Assembly: GCA_964465375.1 (NCBI GenBank)
Contig: CAYXIJ010000007.1
Coordinates: 2,212-66,211, forward strand
Reading direction: 5' to 3'
DNA from: an uncultured Gammaproteobacteria bacterium
GTDB lineage: Bacteria > Pseudomonadota > Gammaproteobacteria > Steroidobacterales > Rariloculaceae
Length of the DNA: 64,000 nt
Shown: piece by piece, positions 62,281 to 64,000 of the stretch
Layout: each line of letters opens with the position of its first letter
Numbering within the stretch: position 1 is the stretch's first letter
Translations under genes and position numbers: made by a program
The notes under the pieces: model-generated
Databases searched by the model: none
What the model was told of the DNA's origin: nothing
What the model saw: the letters and a program-made list of their open reading frames with translations, nothing else

Positions 62281-63102
62281 TTATTCAATGAAACTGGGAT
62301 ACATGGTTTTAGCTCCCCCCAACGCACCCTCTAGAGGAAGTCCATAGCGTTCAGCATATTCTTCCACAAAGGGATTCATCCCAGGCAAATAATGAGGGAC
62401 GCTACCCTCTGGGCGGTCAATTTCCACCACAATGTCACACAAATATGGATCAATCACTGTGCGCGGATCCAAAACCCAATTGTTGCTCCGAATAAAAGGC
62501 TCGGAAAGATAAACTGGATCTGAGATTACAACAATCTGCGTCAGATAATTTTCATGACGAATAAAGTGTTCAGTCATATGTGCTAAATCACTGCGGGGCA
62601 GACCATTGCGCCTAAGCCAGCCTTGCTTAAGATGCGTGGTAGTGACAACTAAAGTCTCGCCGTCCCATTCCCCCGTCGAAAATCCCTGCCAAGTATGCGC
62701 AGCGTAAGCGGGGGGGTGGGGCCGTCCGTCCATCCATATCGTGCGTTCCGGAGCTTGCCATCGCAATCTAGTATGAATTGCAATCAGTTGCTGAGAATCT
62801 GATTTAAATTCATTCCAAATCCTCATCCTTCCCGGCCCCCGATGGGCATAGTCCGAGGGATGAGGTTTGCATTGGTGTTCAGGTAGCGTAAGCAGCGAAG
62901 GACTCCAACTCAGCCCCCTGAGGCGGGCAGCTTCATTAATGGGAATGCCGTGATATTCAACAAGATCCGGCCCAGGAATTCGCTCAGGCTGATCCTCATG
63001 GTAGCGAGGCGACCATTGGCCGGCAAAATCGATCTGAGCAAACACCGGAAAATTGCAGAAGGTAGCCACAAAAAAACCAAACATGAAAATGAATCGAAAC
63101 AT
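62281..63102 (-). CDS. exported protein of unrecognised family; paralog of 60078-60905
   Basis: 273 aa. Signal peptide MFRFIFMFGFFVATFCNFPVFAQ. Shared blocks with the paralog: DFAGQWSPRYHEDQPERIPGP, TTTHLKQGWLRRNGLPRSD, SDPVYLSEPFIRS. Confidence 0.6.
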   Translation of the reverse strand: MFRFIFMFGFFVATFCNFPVFAQIDFAGQWSPRYHEDQPERIPGPDLVEYHGIPINEAARLRGLSWSPSLLTLPEHQCKPHPSDYAHRGPGRMRIWNEFKSDSQQLIAIHTRLRWQAPERTIWMDGRPHPPAYAAHTWQGFSTGEWDGETLVVTTTHLKQGWLRRNGLPRSDLAHMTEHFIRHENYLTQIVVISDPVYLSEPFIRSNNWVLDPRTVIDPYLCDIVVEIDRPEGSVPHYLPGMNPFVEEYAERYGLPLEGALGGAKTMYPSFIE

Positions 63103-63377
63103 AAATTATTCTGCCGATTTAATCTAAATTATCCTCTGCAATCCTCCTGATGAGCACCGAAAACTTTAAAATATTAGCATATTAATATCGACAAAAAGAT
63201 AATCACCACGTAGCCTAGAGGAATTCTTCGATTGGGCTACGCATGGATAAAGAATTACAAAATACTCAATAACAATAATATCGGGTGATAAATAGCAAGG
63301 GATGAAATTTTTTAAAATAATTGCAACGCATTACTAATTTTACTAATCACATAAGAGAAAAACAGGAACCGAGAATC

Positions 63378-64000
63378 ATGGATTGGAAAGTTGTCGAAGA
63401 TATCGTGGTCCCCAAGAGCACAGGGAAAACGATGAAAATAAAAAAAGGTCAAATGTTTCGTGTAATAGAGCATGAAGGGAAACAGGTAGTAGATCTTACT
63501 TTTTTAAATGCGCAGAATTACAAGGAACATTTCGCTGCTGAATTTTCTGCCATCCTCAACAGTATGCAGGGAATAGGCGGCTATCACAGACTCAAAAAGC
63601 TCTACTCAAAACCTCCATACGAGAATGTTATGGCAATCGTAACTGATGACAAAATCGGCGACGGAGATAGAGGAGGAGAAAGAGCTGGCCACTGGATGAT
63701 GTGTCACTGCTCAAAACGACTAGTGGAACATCTTGGGGCTCCCCCGGGAACTCGGACTTGTAGCGATAATTTTGCTGATGCTTTTCAAGAAATTGGCCTG
63801 AAACAAGAAGATACTTATGATGAAACAATCTTCAATGTTTGGATGCATTCGTGGCTCAGTGAAGATGGCGGCATGAATTTTGCCCAACCCCTTGCCGAAA
63901 CAGGGGACCAAATAGACTTTTTGGCAAATATGGATCTTATTGCTGTGTTCTCAGTGTGTCCGGATGAATCTAGTCCGTGCAACGACTTCAAAGCTAAAGC
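63378..64000 (+). CDS. DUF1989-family protein (urea-carboxylase-associated-like), partial; runs off the right edge
   Basis: Absent from the ORF track because there is no stop in the window. ATG 63378 opens a frame that stays open to 64000: MDWKVVEDIVVPKSTGKTMKIKKGQMFRVIEHEGKQVVDLTFLNAQNYKEHFAAEFS... The N-terminal pattern (hydrophobic, K-G-Q, EG-Q-V-D) matches my recollection of DUF1989. Confidence 0.6.
   Translation, partial: MDWKVVEDIVVPKSTGKTMKIKKGQMFRVIEHEGKQVVDLTFLNAQNYKEHFAAEFSAILNSMQGIGGYHRLKKLYSKPPYENVMAIVTDDKIGDGDRGGERAGHWMMCHCSKRLVEHLGAPPGTRTCSDNFADAFQEIGLKQEDTYDETIFNVWMHSWLSEDGGMNFAQPLAETGDQIDFLANMDLIAVFSVCPDESSPCNDFKAK

Overview
A densely coding 64-kb chromosomal segment that looks gammaproteobacterial, judged from gene order I recognise from Pseudomonas-like genomes. 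It is moderately AT-rich by eye. All family calls come from motifs I recognise in the translations; no alignments, HMM searches or folding were run.

About half the window is conserved housekeeping:
- mreBCD-mrdA-rodA-mltB-PBP5-lipB on the minus strand (31.4-39.8 kb).
- gatCAB (39.9-43.1 kb).
- a sahR-like regulator with metF and metH (43.2-48.7 kb).
- moeB-prmC-prfA on the minus strand (48.7-51.5 kb).
- TPR-lolB-tRNA-Gln-prs-rplY-pth-ychF (52.4-58.6 kb).

The rest is accessory or metabolic:
- two TRAP transporter loci;
- an Lrp-controlled operon encoding an aminotransferase, a thiolase and an MIO enzyme;
- a small metal islet (copCD, an FNO-like reductase, a CDF exporter);
- tRNA-Arg followed by a GC-rich islet and two large divergent secreted proteins;
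- a four-gene operon of exported proteins at 60-63 kb.

No CRISPR array, rRNA, transposase, integrase, prophage gene or recognisable defence system was seen.

Three real genes are missing from the supplied ORF track:
- a TRAP permease running off the left edge (1-855, minus strand);
- a DUF1989-like gene running off the right edge (63378-64000, plus strand);
- a 77-codon SelW-like (Rdx-fold) selenoprotein gene (19153-19386, minus strand). Its in-frame UGA sits in the CxxU redox motif and is followed by a SECIS-like hairpin.

The best candidates for undescribed biology are:
- the MIO / class-III aminotransferase / thiolase operon;
- the exported operon at 60-63 kb (paralog, MBL hydrolase, small protein with a predicted His-His N-terminus, paralog);
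- the divergent pair of large secreted proteins at 26-30 kb.

All three are inferences from gene context. None is a demonstrated system.
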